From an uncultured delta proteobacterium (GTDB lineage: Bacteria > Myxococcota > Myxococcia > SLRQ01), in the NCBI GenBank assembly GCA_963727485.1, contig CAVSGM010000001.1, forward strand, positions 864,001 to 928,000: a stretch of DNA of 64,000 bases, read 5' to 3'. How positions within the stretch are numbered: position 1 is the first letter of the stretch; every line of letters begins with the position of its first letter. The position numbers and the translations under genes were made by a program. The notes under the pieces were generated by a model. The model searched no databases, had not been told where the DNA came from, and saw nothing but the letters and a program-made list of their open reading frames with translations. Below, piece by piece: positions 1-10,658 of the stretch.

Positions 1-384
1 GTTCATCAGGATCTCGGCGGTGCAGCAGACCACCGGGGCCTCGCGGTTGATGGTGGCGTCGCCGGTCATCAGGCCCACCCGCTCGGCGCCAAACGCCTCG
101 CAGAGGGCGAAGAACTTCTCGTTCACCAGGGCCTTGATCGGCGAGACGTACCAGCTCGACCGGCCCGCGGCGAGCGCCTGGTAGTGCAGCGCCAGGGCCA
201 CCAGCGACTTCCCCGAGCCGGTGGGGGTGTTGAGGACCACGTGGTGGTCCGCCAGCAGCTCGAGGACCGCCTCCTCCTGGGCCGGGTAGAGGCTGCGCCC
301 GCTCGCCTCCACCCAGGCGACGAAGGCCTCGAGGACGTCGTCGGGGGAGGCGAGGCTCGTGGGATCTGCGAGCGCCGCGGTCAC
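1..384 (-). CDS. DEAD/DEAH-box (Ski2/HelY-like) helicase, 5' portion; runs off the window
   Basis: Manual translation gives [12 protein letters not shown] (Walker A), [13 protein letters not shown] and [10 protein letters not shown]...[12 protein letters not shown] start overlaps the upstream stop. Confidence 0.85.
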   Translation of the reverse strand, partial: MTAALADPTSLASPDDVLEAFVAWVEASGRSLYPAQEEAVLELLADHHVVLNTPTGSGKSLVALALHYQALAAGRSSWYVSPIKALVNEKFFALCEAFGAERVGLMTGDATINREAPVVCCTAEILMN

Positions 385-1694
385 TTGGCCAGGGCCAGAC
401 CCCGCTCGAGATCGCGGATGATGTCGGCGGCGGCCTCGATGCCGATGGACAGCCGGATGCCGTTGGGCCGGATGCCGCCCTCGGCCTGCTTCTCCGCGGG
501 GACCGCCGCGTGGGTCATGGCGCCGGGGTTCTCGATGAGGGTCCGCAGCTGCCCCAGGCTCACCGCGAGCGTCAGGGTGTAGGCCTCGTGGGCGATCCAG
601 TCGACGACCTTCACGCAGTTCTCCGGGTGGGCCTCGTCCTGCTCCACGGTCTCGAAGTAGATCATGTTCCCCGGCGCGAAGTTCCCCTCGGGGTCGCGCA
701 TCTGCCGCTTGGCGACCGAGTACCCCGGGTGGTCCTCGAGGCCCGGGAAGCTCACCCGCTTGACCCTGGGGTGGCCCCGGAGGAAGCGCGCCACCTCGAA
801 GGCGGTGGCCATCTGCTTCTTGAGCCGCAGCGGCAAGGTGGGCAGGCCGTAGACCAGGATCGGCCAGGCGGCCTTGGGCGCGAGCACTCCGCCGAAGTCC
901 TTGCGGTAGAGCAGCAGCTGCCCCTCGAGGGCGTGGGGGGCGATGACCGCGCCGCCCATGTCGGTGCCGTAGCCGCCGATGTTCTTGGTCAGCGAGTGGA
1001 CCACCACGTCGGCGCCCTGGGAGATCGGCCGCTGGCAGAAGGGGGTGGCGAAGGTGTTGTCCACCACGATCCAGATCTTCTCGGCCTCGTCGCGGCCGGC
1101 GTTGAGGGCGTCGACCTCCTTGCGGATGGCGGCGATGTCGAGGATCTCCATGGTGGGGTTCACCGGGGTCTCGAAGTAGACCACCCGGGTGGTCTCGGAG
1201 ACGGCCCCCCGGAGCGCGGCCGGGTCGTGGAGGTCGACGAGGCGGGTGTCGACGTTGAGGCGGTCCGGGTACCAGTTGGTCAGCAGGTTGTAGGTGCAGC
1301 CGTAGAGGGTGTGGTGGGCCACCAGCGACTCGCCGGCGCGCAGCAGCACCCCCAGGGCGGCGCTGATCGCCGCCATGCCGCTGGCGAAGCACACGCCCAC
1401 GTCGCCGCCCTCGACCGCGGCGAGCTCGTCCTCGAGCATCCCCCGGGTCGGCTCGTCGAGGCGGTCGTAGATGTAGATGGGCTCGTCCTTGGTGCCCTCG
1501 CCGGAGGCGTACTCCCGGAAGCCCTTGGCCCCGCGCTCGGTCTTGTCGAGGCGGTAGGCCACGCTGGAGCTCTGGGGGGGCACCAGGTGGTGGCTGAACT
1601 CCCACTTCTTGGAGAAGTGGCGACCGTGGATGAGGAAGGACTCGAGGGAGACGTCCTCGGGGAGCTCGCGGCGGGGGGCATCGTCCTTGGCCAT
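381..1694 (-). CDS. PLP-dependent trans-sulfuration enzyme (methionine gamma-lyase / cystathionine gamma-lyase family)
   Basis: [34 protein letters not shown] (PLP Lys) and AVSLG motifs. Confidence 0.9.
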   Translation of the reverse strand: MAKDDAPRRELPEDVSLESFLIHGRHFSKKWEFSHHLVPPQSSSVAYRLDKTERGAKGFREYASGEGTKDEPIYIYDRLDEPTRGMLEDELAAVEGGDVGVCFASGMAAISAALGVLLRAGESLVAHHTLYGCTYNLLTNWYPDRLNVDTRLVDLHDPAALRGAVSETTRVVYFETPVNPTMEILDIAAIRKEVDALNAGRDEAEKIWIVVDNTFATPFCQRPISQGADVVVHSLTKNIGGYGTDMGGAVIAPHALEGQLLLYRKDFGGVLAPKAAWPILVYGLPTLPLRLKKQMATAFEVARFLRGHPRVKRVSFPGLEDHPGYSVAKRQMRDPEGNFAPGNMIYFETVEQDEAHPENCVKVVDWIAHEAYTLTLAVSLGQLRTLIENPGAMTHAAVPAEKQAEGGIRPNGIRLSIGIEAAADIIRDLERGLALAK

Positions 1695-1850
1695 GGGGCA
1701 CCTCGGTGGGGTTGGAACCGTGCGGCGCACTCAACACCGCCTGGGTCGCGAGTTCAAGGCGCACCTCGTCGTGGCGCCGGGATTCCACGAGGGGTGGCCC
1801 GAGGCCGACCGAGGGGTTATCTGGGGAGCCTGACCCACTGGAGGCCCGAG

Positions 1851-4145
1851 ATGACGCGATCCACCATCCCCGCACTCGTTGCCGTGCTCCTCCTCGCCGC
1901 CGGCTGCGCCACGCCGCGCGCGTCCAAGCCCGCCCCGGCGCCGGCCCCCGCCGCCAAGGCCCAGGCCCAGCCCCAGGCCCCCGCGGCCCAGGCCCCCGCG
2001 GCCCAGGCGCCCGCGGCCCAGGCCCCCGCCGGCCCGACCCTCGGCCCCCCGCCGGCGACCGCGGTGAAGGACGTGACCGACACCTACCACGGGGTGAAGG
2101 TCGTCGACCCCTACCAGTGGCTCGAGGACTGGTCGAACCCCAAGGTCCAGGCCTGGTCGAACGCCCAGAACGTCTACGCCCGGCACTTCCTCGACGCCCT
2201 CCCGGGCCGGGACGCCCTGGCCCGTCGCATCGAGGCCCTGATCCGCGCCGAGAGCGTGCGCTTCGGCTCGATTCGCCACGCCGGCCACCACTACTTCGCC
2301 ATGGAGGGCGACCCCAAGAAGCAGCAGGCCTTCCTCATCGTCCTCGACGACCTCTCCAAGCCCCAGACCGCCCGGGTGCTCGTCGACCCCAACGTCCTCG
2401 ACCCCAGCGGCCACACCGCCATCGACTTCTACCGGGTCTCCCCCGACGGCAAGCACGTGGCGGTGAGCCTGTCCCAGGGCGGGTCCGAGGCCGGCAGCCT
2501 CCACCTCTTCGACGTGGCCACCGGCAAGCCCGTGGACTCGGTCATCCCCCGGGTCAACGGGGGCACCGCCGGGGGCGACGCCGCGTTCACCGCCGACGGC
2601 AAGGGCCTCTACTACACCCGCTACCCGGCGCCCGGAGAGCGGCCCGCGGCCGACCTCGGCTTCTACCAGCAGCTCTGGTACCACCGCCTGGGCACGCCCC
2701 TGGCCAAGGACCACTACGTCCTCGGCAAGCAGTTCCCCAAGATCGCCGAGGTCACGGTGGACACCGACCCCCACTCGTCCCGGGCGATCTGCACGGTGCA
2801 GGACGGGGACAGCGGGCGCTTCGCCTTCTGGCTGCGCACCACCCGGGGCAAGTGGGTGAAGCTCGCGGGCTTCGACGCCCGGATCCAGCAGATCACCTTC
2901 GGCCCGGAGCGGCGCCTCTACGTCTTGAGCCACCAGGCAGCGCCCAAGGGCAAGATCCTCTCGGTCTCCGTGGGCCGACCGGACCTGCGCCACGCAAAGG
3001 TGCTCGTCCCCGAGGGCAAGGACGCCATCGCCTTCAACTACGAGTTCGGGCCCAAGCTCACCACCACCGACCACGCGATCTTCGCGGTCTACCAGCTCGG
3101 CGGTCCCACCGAGCTGCGGGCCTTCTCGCCCTCGGGCAAGGCCCTGCCCCAGCCGAAGCTCCTCCCGGTCTCCGCGGTCTACGGGGTGGCGCCGGCGGGG
3201 GGCGACGCGGTGGTCTACGCCAACGTCTCCTACACCCAGCCGCTGGCCTGGTACCGCTACGACGTGAAGACCCGCAAGGCGGTGAAGACCGGGCTCTTCG
3301 CCACCAGCCCGGTGAGCTTCGCCGACGCCGAGGTGAAGCAGGTCTTCGCCACCTCTCAGGACGGCACCCAGGTCCCCCTGACCCTGCTCTACAAGAAGGG
3401 GACGAAGCTCGACGGCCACAACCCGGTGATCCTCACCGGCTACGGCTCCTACGGGATCACCATCGGCCCGGGCTACAGCGCCGTGCGCCACCTGGCCCTG
3501 GAGCGCGGCTACGTCCTCGGGATGTGCCACATTCGCGGCGGCGGCGCCTACGGCGACGGCTGGCACGCCGACGGGAGCCTCACCCACCGCCAGAACAACT
3601 TCAACGACTTCTACGCCTGCATGCACGACCTGGTGAAGTGGGGCTGGACCTCACCGTCGCGCCTCGCGATCACCGGCGGATCGGCGGGCGGGCTGCTCAT
3701 GGGCGGCATGATCACCCAGCACCCGGACGCCTTCCGGGCGGTGGTGAGCTACGTGGGTTTCTACGACATGCTCCGCACCGAGCTCTCGCCCAACGGCGCC
3801 TTCAACATCCCCGAGTTCGGGACGGTGAAGGACCCGGCCCAGTTCAAGGCCATGTACGCCCTCTCGCCCTACCACCACGTGGTCAAGGGCACGGCCTACC
3901 CGGCGATCCTGTTCATGACCGGCGCCAACGATCCCCGGGTGAACCCGATGCAGTCCCGGAAGATGACCGCGCGCCTCCAGGCGGCCACCAGCTCCGGGCG
4001 CCCGGTGCTCCTGCGCACCAGCGCCGACACCGGCCACGGCATCGGCTCGCCGCTCAAGGCCCGCATCGCCCAGATGGTCGACGCGGACAGCTTCATCTCC
4101 TACGAGCTCGGGGTGTCGAAGCCCGAGGCGTCGGCCGCCCGGTAG
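1851..4145 (+). CDS. Prolyl oligopeptidase (S9A) lipoprotein
   Basis: Lipobox LAAGC, AQAPA linker repeats, [14 protein letters not shown] nucleophile, NDPRV and GHG. Confidence 0.92.
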   Translation: MTRSTIPALVAVLLLAAGCATPRASKPAPAPAPAAKAQAQPQAPAAQAPAAQAPAAQAPAGPTLGPPPATAVKDVTDTYHGVKVVDPYQWLEDWSNPKVQAWSNAQNVYARHFLDALPGRDALARRIEALIRAESVRFGSIRHAGHHYFAMEGDPKKQQAFLIVLDDLSKPQTARVLVDPNVLDPSGHTAIDFYRVSPDGKHVAVSLSQGGSEAGSLHLFDVATGKPVDSVIPRVNGGTAGGDAAFTADGKGLYYTRYPAPGERPAADLGFYQQLWYHRLGTPLAKDHYVLGKQFPKIAEVTVDTDPHSSRAICTVQDGDSGRFAFWLRTTRGKWVKLAGFDARIQQITFGPERRLYVLSHQAAPKGKILSVSVGRPDLRHAKVLVPEGKDAIAFNYEFGPKLTTTDHAIFAVYQLGGPTELRAFSPSGKALPQPKLLPVSAVYGVAPAGGDAVVYANVSYTQPLAWYRYDVKTRKAVKTGLFATSPVSFADAEVKQVFATSQDGTQVPLTLLYKKGTKLDGHNPVILTGYGSYGITIGPGYSAVRHLALERGYVLGMCHIRGGGAYGDGWHADGSLTHRQNNFNDFYACMHDLVKWGWTSPSRLAITGGSAGGLLMGGMITQHPDAFRAVVSYVGFYDMLRTELSPNGAFNIPEFGTVKDPAQFKAMYALSPYHHVVKGTAYPAILFMTGANDPRVNPMQSRKMTARLQAATSSGRPVLLRTSADTGHGIGSPLKARIAQMVDADSFISYELGVSKPEASAAR

Positions 4146-5701
4146 GCGCCGTCGCTCACCCGGCCCACCGCCTCGGCCAGATCGTCGCGGCCGAGGCGGT
4201 CGAGGGCGAGCTCCACCTCGAGGGCGAGGACCGAGGCGGTGTAGGCGTCCACCTCGTCGGGGGCGCCGCGGTTCGGGGCGGCCGCGCGGAGGATCACCGC
4301 GAGGAGGGCGAAGAGGCCGATGGTGGCGTCGGCGACCGCGGCCAGGGGGATCTGCTCGCCCGGGAGGCGGATGCCGTGGCGGGCCTTGAGGGTGGCCACC
4401 GCGTCGGCGAGGCGGGCCCGGAGGGCGTCGAAGCGCCGGGCGAGCTCGGCCAGTGGCGCGGGGACCTTCTCCTCGAGGCGCGGGGCGTCGGCGCCGGTGG
4501 CGAGGATCCCGGTGGCCACGTGGAGGCGGAGCACCTCGTTGGCCCCCTCGAAGATCCGGGTGATCCGCGCGTCCCGGAGGATCCGGGCGACACCGGTGTC
4601 CTCGATGTAGCCGCTGCCCCCGTGGAGCTGCAGGGCGGTGTCGGCGACCTGCCACGCCCCCTCGCTGGCGAGGATCTTGGTGGCGGCGCTGGCCCAGCCC
4701 AGATCCCCGGTGCCGCCGGCGAGGCGGGTGGTGAGGGCGACGGCGGCCTCCAGGGCGCGGATCCGGGCCTCGATGCCGGCGACGTGGGCCCGCACCTGGC
4801 CGAAGGTGGCCAGCGCCTTGCCGAACTGCCTGCGGGTCACCACGTGGGCCAGGGCGAGGTCCCGGGCGGCCCGGGCGCTGCCGAGGCTCCCGGCGGCCAT
4901 CAGGGTCCGGCCCCAGGCGAGGATCGACGCCAGGTGGTCGAGGCCCTTGCCCGGTGTCCCCAGCACCCGGTCGAGAGGCACCGGGACGTCGTCGAAGGAG
5001 AGCGTGGTGGTGGACGTGCCCCGCAGGCCGAGCTTGCGCTCCTCGGCGCCCACGGAGAACCCCTCCATGCCCCGGGTGAGCAGGAGCACGCTGTGGCCCT
5101 TCCGGGCGCCGCCGAGGCCCGGGGTCCGGGCGAGGATGGTGAACATCGAGGCCCGGCCGCCGTTGGTGACGAAGATCTTGCTGCCGGAGAGGCGCAGCCC
5201 GTCCCCGTCGGCGACGGCGGTGCTCTTGACCCCGGCGATGTGGGAGCCGGCCTCGGGCTCGGTGGCCGAGAAGGCGGAGAGCTCCTTGCCGGAGGCGAGG
5301 CCGGGGAGCCACCGGGCCTTCTGGGCCTCGGTGCCCAGGGAGATGAGCCCGTGGAGCCCCAGGCCGTTGTGGAGGCCCACGGCGGTGGCCACCGAGCGGT
5401 CGTGCCGGGCGAGGGCCTCGATGACCTGCGCCACCGCCGGCATCGAGAGCCCGGCGCCGTCGTAGGCCTCGGGGATCGAGAGGCCGAAGAGCCCCAGCTC
5501 CGCCGCCGAGGCGTAGACCGAGTCGGGGATGGCGTGGGCCTCGTCGATGGCGGCGGCGTCGAGGTCGCGCCGGGCCCAGGTGGAGACCGAGGCGAGGAGC
5601 CCGCTCACCACCGCCGCCTCCTCGGCGCTGGCGCCGGGCCAGGCGAGGGAGGCGGCGAGCTGGGGGGCGGCGGCGACGAGGTCGGCGAGGGGATCGCGCA
5701 T
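4100..5701 (-). CDS. Acyl-CoA/acyl-ACP dehydrogenase with C-terminal extension
   Basis: FSATEPEAGS, LSGSKIFVTNG, KLGLRGTST, RRQFGK, LQLHGGSGY and RIFEGANE. The 3' end overlaps the convergent peptidase by 46 bp. Confidence 0.9.
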   Translation of the reverse strand: MRDPLADLVAAAPQLAASLAWPGASAEEAAVVSGLLASVSTWARRDLDAAAIDEAHAIPDSVYASAAELGLFGLSIPEAYDGAGLSMPAVAQVIEALARHDRSVATAVGLHNGLGLHGLISLGTEAQKARWLPGLASGKELSAFSATEPEAGSHIAGVKSTAVADGDGLRLSGSKIFVTNGGRASMFTILARTPGLGGARKGHSVLLLTRGMEGFSVGAEERKLGLRGTSTTTLSFDDVPVPLDRVLGTPGKGLDHLASILAWGRTLMAAGSLGSARAARDLALAHVVTRRQFGKALATFGQVRAHVAGIEARIRALEAAVALTTRLAGGTGDLGWASAATKILASEGAWQVADTALQLHGGSGYIEDTGVARILRDARITRIFEGANEVLRLHVATGILATGADAPRLEEKVPAPLAELARRFDALRARLADAVATLKARHGIRLPGEQIPLAAVADATIGLFALLAVILRAAAPNRGAPDEVDAYTASVLALEVELALDRLGRDDLAEAVGRVSDGAYRAADASGFDTPSS

Positions 5702-5718
5702 GGAGGCCTCCGGCCGGG

Positions 5719-7020
5719 TCAGAACTGGACGATGCGCCGGTTTGCCTCCCGGGCGGCGAGGGTCTCGCGCCGGTCCCGGTAGAACTCCCGCCACAGGTGG
5801 AGGTAGCCGGCCTCGAGGGTCTCGGCGGACATCTTGTGGGGCGTGAACACGACGTTGGCGTCGTTGTAGTGCTTCCACTCGTAGTCGAAGATCCGCCCCT
5901 CGGCCTGGTAGCGGTGCCAGGTCGGCGTCCCCGGGTAGGGGGTGGCGATGGCGAACTCGGCGAGGTCGACGCCCATCTCCGAGGTGAAGTCCAGCATGCG
6001 ATCGAAGACCCCCTCGTCGTCGTCGGGGTTGCCCACCAGGAAGGAGACGTAGGGATCGATCTCGTGGTCGTGGCAGCGGTCGATGCAGCGCTTCGCCCGG
6101 TCGAGGGCCTTGGGGTCGGCCAGCCCGAAGGCCTTGCGGGTGATGGGGTCGAAGCCGCCGACGAGGTAGAAGCGCTCCATCCCCGTCTCCCGGAGCTGGG
6201 CCATCAGCTTCGCCTCCAGGGAGAGGATCATGGGCATGCTGATGCCCAGGTAGCTCAGGTTCACCGGCAGGCCCCGGGCCTGGGCGGCGATGACCTGGTC
6301 GAGGAAGGCGCGCAGGCGCCGGCGGGCCCCCTGGAGGGCGAAGACCGAGGTGTCCTCGGTCAAGGAGATGCGCTTGCCCGCCTCGGAGAGCTTCGTGAGG
6401 GTGTGGAGGACGTTCTGCTCGGTGTGGAAGCGCATCTCGGCGCCGAGCTGCACCGGCAGGGCGCAGGCGTCGCAGTGGAGCGGGCAGCCCCGGGAGAGCT
6501 GGAGGGGGTAGTCGTCCGGGGAGTTCGAGGGGTCCTCGGCGTCGAGGTAGAGATCGACCCGCGGGGGCCGGAGGCGCTCGAGGTCCACGGGCGCCTGGTA
6601 GATCCCCGAGAGGGTGCCCGCCTCGGCGTCGGCGAGGACCTCGGTCCAGGCGGCCTCGCCCTCGCCGACCACCACCGCGTCCACGTGCTCGGCGACGGTG
6701 TCGGGCATCAGGCTGGGGAAGATGCCGCCGGCGACCACCTTCTTGCCCCGGGCCCGGAGGGCGTCGGCGATCTCCAGGCCCCGGGTCGCCGCCGGGGTGA
6801 AGAACGAGAGGGCGTAGAGGTCGGCCTCGTGGTCCGGGTCGAAGGGCGTGACCCGGTCGTCGATGAACTCGAGGTCGTGGCCGGGGGGCGTGGCGCCGGC
6901 GATGGAGGCGATGCCGAGCGACGGCGGCCCCAGGTACTCGTCGGCGCTCACCGAGGTGCGCAGCTCCGGGTGGGCGTCGGCGTGGCGCTCGAAGGCGGGG
7001 TAGACGAAGGCGATTCTCAT
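5719..7020 (-). CDS. B12-binding domain radical SAM protein
   Basis: N-terminal PPSLG...VVAGGIFPS...VVVGEGE cobalamin-binding fold, SRGCPLHCDAC (CxxxCxxC) and TPYPGT. Confidence 0.9.
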   Translation of the reverse strand: MRIAFVYPAFERHADAHPELRTSVSADEYLGPPSLGIASIAGATPPGHDLEFIDDRVTPFDPDHEADLYALSFFTPAATRGLEIADALRARGKKVVAGGIFPSLMPDTVAEHVDAVVVGEGEAAWTEVLADAEAGTLSGIYQAPVDLERLRPPRVDLYLDAEDPSNSPDDYPLQLSRGCPLHCDACALPVQLGAEMRFHTEQNVLHTLTKLSEAGKRISLTEDTSVFALQGARRRLRAFLDQVIAAQARGLPVNLSYLGISMPMILSLEAKLMAQLRETGMERFYLVGGFDPITRKAFGLADPKALDRAKRCIDRCHDHEIDPYVSFLVGNPDDDEGVFDRMLDFTSEMGVDLAEFAIATPYPGTPTWHRYQAEGRIFDYEWKHYNDANVVFTPHKMSAETLEAGYLHLWREFYRDRRETLAAREANRRIVQF

Positions 7021-7268
7021 GGCGCCAGGTGACCGGCCAGGGCCGTCACCACTCCGTCCACGGTCTCCACCGCCATCACCTGCTCCATGTCGGGGTCGAT
7101 GTCGAAGGTCTCGCTGACCCGCGAGAGCAGCTCCATCGACTGGAGCGAGTCGAGGCCCAGGTCCTCCCGGAGGCGGTCGGTGCCCTGGATCTCCGCCAGT
7201 GGGGTTTGGGAGAGCTCGGCGACGATGTCGCGGACCACTTCGGCGAGGCGGTCGGTGGGGGGGGTCAT
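7017..7268 (-). CDS. Acyl carrier protein
   Basis: 83 aa, acidic, with EDLGLDSLQSMEL phosphopantetheine motif. Start and stop overlap the neighbours by 4 bp. Confidence 0.9.
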   Translation of the reverse strand: MTPPTDRLAEVVRDIVAELSQTPLAEIQGTDRLREDLGLDSLQSMELLSRVSETFDIDPDMEQVMAVETVDGVVTALAGHLAP

Positions 7269-8272
7269 GAGGCGTTCCTTTCCGCGCGTGGGACGAAGCC
7301 GTTGCGCTGGTACCAGTCGTAGGTGTCGTCGAAGGTGGCCTCGAGGGGCCGGGCGAGGTGCCCGAGCTCGCCGCGGGCGAGGGCGTCGTCGACGGGCTGG
7401 CCGTGGACGATGAGGTCGACCAGCTCCCGGGAGAGCCGCGGCCGCTCGGCGGTGCCCCGGCACCTGGCCTCCTCGGCGTCGGCGAAGGCCACCGCCTCCT
7501 CGGCGGCGAGGCGACGGGTCGGCGGCTCGACCCCGAGGCGCCGGGCCAGCCGGTCGATCAGGGTGGACACCGGGAGGCCGTGGCCGGCGAGGATGTACCG
7601 GGCGCCGTGGCGCCCCCGCTCGGCGGCGACGACCAGGGAGCGGGCCACGTCCCGGGCGTCGACCATGTCCACGAAGCCGTCGACGAAGCGGTCGAGGCGC
7701 CCGCTGCCGACCCCGGCCACCAGGTAGCCGGTGCCGACCTTGTGGTCGTAGGGGCCGAGGCACCCGGTGGGGCAGGCGGTGACAATCTCCAGCTCGCCCC
7801 GGGAGGCGGCCTCCATCACCGTGCGCGCCATGGCCACCTTCACCGCGTGGTAGGTGGCCCCCGGAGGCGGGACGATGAGGCCGTCGGCCTCGGTGGCCGG
7901 GCGTCCGTCGGCCCGCTGGGCCACCGTCGCCACCGAGCCCACATAGACGAAGCGGCGCACCCCGGCGCGGCGGGCGGCGGCCAGGGCGCTGGCGACGCCC
8001 GAGACCCCGGTGGAGACCTGGGCCACGGTGTCCCCGGCGTAGCGCGGGTAGTGGCCGGCGGCGAAGAACACCACGTCGCTGCCGGCCATGGCGTCGGCGA
8101 GCTGGGCCCGGTCCCCGAGGTCGGCGGACACCAGGGGCACCCCGAGGCGGCGGGCGAAGATGGTGTTGCTGGACCGCCGGCGTCCGGCGCGCACCTCGTG
8201 GCCCGCGGCCTTCAGGGCCTCGGCGAGGTTGAGACCCAGGAAGCCCGTGCCCCCGAGAATCAGGGCATTCAC
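7265..8272 (-). CDS. NAD-dependent epimerase/dehydratase (extended SDR, HpnA/dihydroflavonol reductase-like)
   Basis: GGTGFLG, YHAVK (YxxxK), PTGCLGPYD and VDARDVA...GRHGARYILAG. C-terminal part of ORF 7265..10066. Confidence 0.85.
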   Translation of the reverse strand: MNALILGGTGFLGLNLAEALKAAGHEVRAGRRRSSNTIFARRLGVPLVSADLGDRAQLADAMAGSDVVFFAAGHYPRYAGDTVAQVSTGVSGVASALAAARRAGVRRFVYVGSVATVAQRADGRPATEADGLIVPPPGATYHAVKVAMARTVMEAASRGELEIVTACPTGCLGPYDHKVGTGYLVAGVGSGRLDRFVDGFVDMVDARDVARSLVVAAERGRHGARYILAGHGLPVSTLIDRLARRLGVEPPTRRLAAEEAVAFADAEEARCRGTAERPRLSRELVDLIVHGQPVDDALARGELGHLARPLEATFDDTYDWYQRNGFVPRAERNAS

Positions 8273-9883
8273 GGCACCGGCTCCAGGGACCTGAGGGACA
8301 GGTGGTCGACCCGGATGCCGAGGCGGGCGAGGAGGACGCCGTTGACCTGCTTCTCCAGGGCCTTGTGGGCGGCCGGGTCGCCGTCGAGCTCGAGGACCAG
8401 GTCCTCGGTGCCGGTGGCGGGGTTGGGGCGGGCGTGGGCCCGGGGCAGGGCCGCCGCCAGGGCCGGGTCCTCGGCGAGGACCGCCTCCACGTCGGCGGGG
8501 TAGTAGTTGCGGCCCATCTTGATGACCATGGGCTTGCGCCGCCCGGTGATGTGGAGCCGGCCGTCGGAGACCACCCCCAGGTCGCCGGTGCGCAGCCACC
8601 CGTCCTGGAGCACGGCGGCGGTGGCTCCGGGGCGCCGGTAGTAGCCCTGCATCGACGAGGGGCTCGAGACCCGGATCTCGCCGACCCGGCCCGGGGGCAG
8701 GAGCGCGTCGTCGGGGCCGAAGAATCCCCACCGACTGCCCGGGCAGGGGGCGGCCCACCGAGACCACGTCGCCCTCCAGGGTGGGGACGGTGTGGATCGG
8801 CTCGCCGGGGGCGGGGCAGGTGGCGGCCAGGGCGTTCTCCGCGAGGCCGTAGAGGGGCGTGAGGCTCGCCGGGTCCAGGCCCGCGGGGGCGAAGCGGCTG
8901 GCGAAGGCGTCGAGGGTCGCCGGGCGCACCATCTCGGCGCCGTCGAGGGCGAGGCGCAGGCTCGAGAGGTCGAGGCCCGCCAGGTGGCGCTCGGTGACCC
9001 GCCGGGCGGCGAGGTGGTAGCCGGCGTTGGGTCCCGCGGTCACGGTGGCCCGGAAGCGCGAGAGAGCGCCGAGCCAGCGGTGGGGCCGCATCAGGAAGGC
9101 CTCCGGGGGCATCACGTGGACCGGGAAGTGGAACCGGAGGCTGGTGAGCAGGACCCCGATGAGGCCCATGTCGTGGACCAGCGGGATCCAGACCACGCCC
9201 ACGTCCCGGTCGTCGAAGCCGAGGGCGGCCCCGAGTCCCTCGACGTTCAAGGCGATCTGCCGGTGGGTGAGGGCGACGCCGGCGGGGCGGACCACCGGGC
9301 CCGAGGTGTACTGGAGGAGGGCCAGGTCGTCGGGATCCGGATCGGGGAGCCGGCCGCCGAGGCCCTTCGCGGTGTCGAGATCCTCGACCAGCACCAGGCC
9401 CTCGGGACGCCCCAGCCGGCCGAGGAGGGCGGCGGCGGCGGTCTCGGCCCGGCGGGTGGTGACGAAGAGCCGGGCGTCGGCGTCGGCGACCACGCCCTCG
9501 AAGCCGGCGACGTAGGCGTCCACCAATCCCAGGGTCAGGGGCATGGGGCAGGGCACGGGGACCCCGCCGGCGAGCCAGGTGCCGAAGAAGCCGAAGAGGA
9601 AGGCCTCGGAGGTGGGGACCAGGATCACCACCCGGTCACCGGGGGCGAGCCCCCGGGCCCGGAGGGCGCGGGCGTAGCGCACCGCGCCGTCGCGGACCGC
9701 CTGCCACGAGAGGGGATGGGAGGCGTCGGCGGTGTCGAGGAGGTCGACGAAGAGGCCGTCGGGATCCTTGACCGCCGCGGCGTCGAGGGCCCCGAGGAGG
9801 CTCGGCCAGGGCGGCTCGGTCAGGGGTGGACCATCCAGGCGGGAGGTCCCCACGGGGGCCCGGGCATCGTCCATGGGAAGCAT
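8269..9883 (-). CDS. Fatty acyl-AMP ligase-like adenylate-forming protein; one frameshift near 8724; degenerate motifs
   Basis: WIPLVHDMGLIG, YGLAENALAA, WLRTGDLG and GRNYYPADVE. N- and C-halves lie in different frames and are rejoined by removing one base. Confidence 0.8.
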
Positions 9884-9915
9884 GGACGAGTGGTAGGCCT
9901 CCCGGCCCGGGAGGT

Positions 9916-9933
9916 CACTGACCTGGATCAGTG
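9916..9933. promoter_or_regulatory. FNR/CRP-type palindromic binding site
   Basis: CACTGA-N6-TCAGTG perfect dyad. Minus strand reads CTGAT-CCAG-GTCAG versus FNR consensus TTGAT-N4-ATCAA. Centred 41.5 bp upstream of the ATG at 9883. Confidence 0.7.
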
Positions 9934-9977
9934 TTTTGGCACTTGATCGGGCTGGCAATCGCCCTAAGCTGCACCTG

Positions 9978-10658
9978 ATGCAGACAATGCGCCGATCCTG
10001 TGCCGTCCGGGACGCGGGTCTCCGCCTCCGGGAGGCGTGCACGGCCTGCGAGGGCCGCCCTGCCACGGGGATGATCTCCCTGGGGCGTCACCAGGTGCTC
10101 CACGTCGAGGGCGACCGCGGCGGGGTCATCTACGCGGTGGTCGAGGGCACCCTCTGGGAGAGCCGCGCCACCGCCGACGGCCGGACCCAGGGGATCCGGC
10201 TCATCACCGAGGGGGACGTGGTCGGTCTCGAGTCCCTGGTCGGGGAGCCCTACCGCAGCACCCTCGAGGCCCTGGCGCCGGCGAAGGTCTGCCGGGTCGC
10301 CGCCTGGGAGGCCGGGGCCTTCCTGGCCCTGCGTCCCGACGCCCAGCGGGCCCTGGGGTCCCTGGCCATCCGCCAGACCCTGGCCCTCTCCGAGTCGGTG
10401 CGCCTCCTCGGCGCCGGCACCGCCGAGGAGCGGGTGCTGGCGGTGGTGCGGCGCCTCGCGGCCGACAAGCCCGCTGGGACCTGGGTGCGCCTGCCGGTGA
10501 CCCGCAAGGAGCTCGCCGAGCTCGCGGGCCTCGCCGACCCCACCGTCTCGCGAATCATCCAGCGCTTCGTCCGCGCCGGGAAGCTCGAGGTCCGGGGCCG
10601 GTGGCTCCGGGTCCAGGACCCGGGGCTCCTCGCCGACCCCGCCACCGACGCCGCCTAG
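9978..10658 (+). CDS. Crp/Fnr family regulator, FNR-like
   Basis: cNMP-fold (EGDVVGLE), HTH TRKELAELAGLADPTVSR, N-terminal C-x12-CxxC, and a central EALAPAKVC resembling FNR Cys122 context. Confidence 0.85.
   Translation: MQTMRRSCAVRDAGLRLREACTACEGRPATGMISLGRHQVLHVEGDRGGVIYAVVEGTLWESRATADGRTQGIRLITEGDVVGLESLVGEPYRSTLEALAPAKVCRVAAWEAGAFLALRPDAQRALGSLAIRQTLALSESVRLLGAGTAEERVLAVVRRLAADKPAGTWVRLPVTRKELAELAGLADPTVSRIIQRFVRAGKLEVRGRWLRVQDPGLLADPATDAA

Noticed and set aside
4100..4145. 46-bp convergent overlap between peptidase and ACAD
   Set aside because: Short tail-to-tail overlaps are common in GC-rich genomes; no evidence of function.
510..5782. Very long ORFs 510..4145 (5' part) and 1706..5782, and similar antisense or off-frame ORFs throughout
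   Set aside because: Shadow ORFs caused by stop-codon scarcity at high GC; Arg/Pro/Gly-rich with no motifs, and overlapping well-supported genes.
9937..9952. TGGCAC as a sigma54 -24 element for the FNR-like gene
   Set aside because: No TTGC at the required spacing.
7265..10066. Apparent 933-aa FAAL-SDR fusion
   Set aside because: Artefact of the frameshift near 8724; the true FAAL C-terminus is in another frame and stops at 8269.
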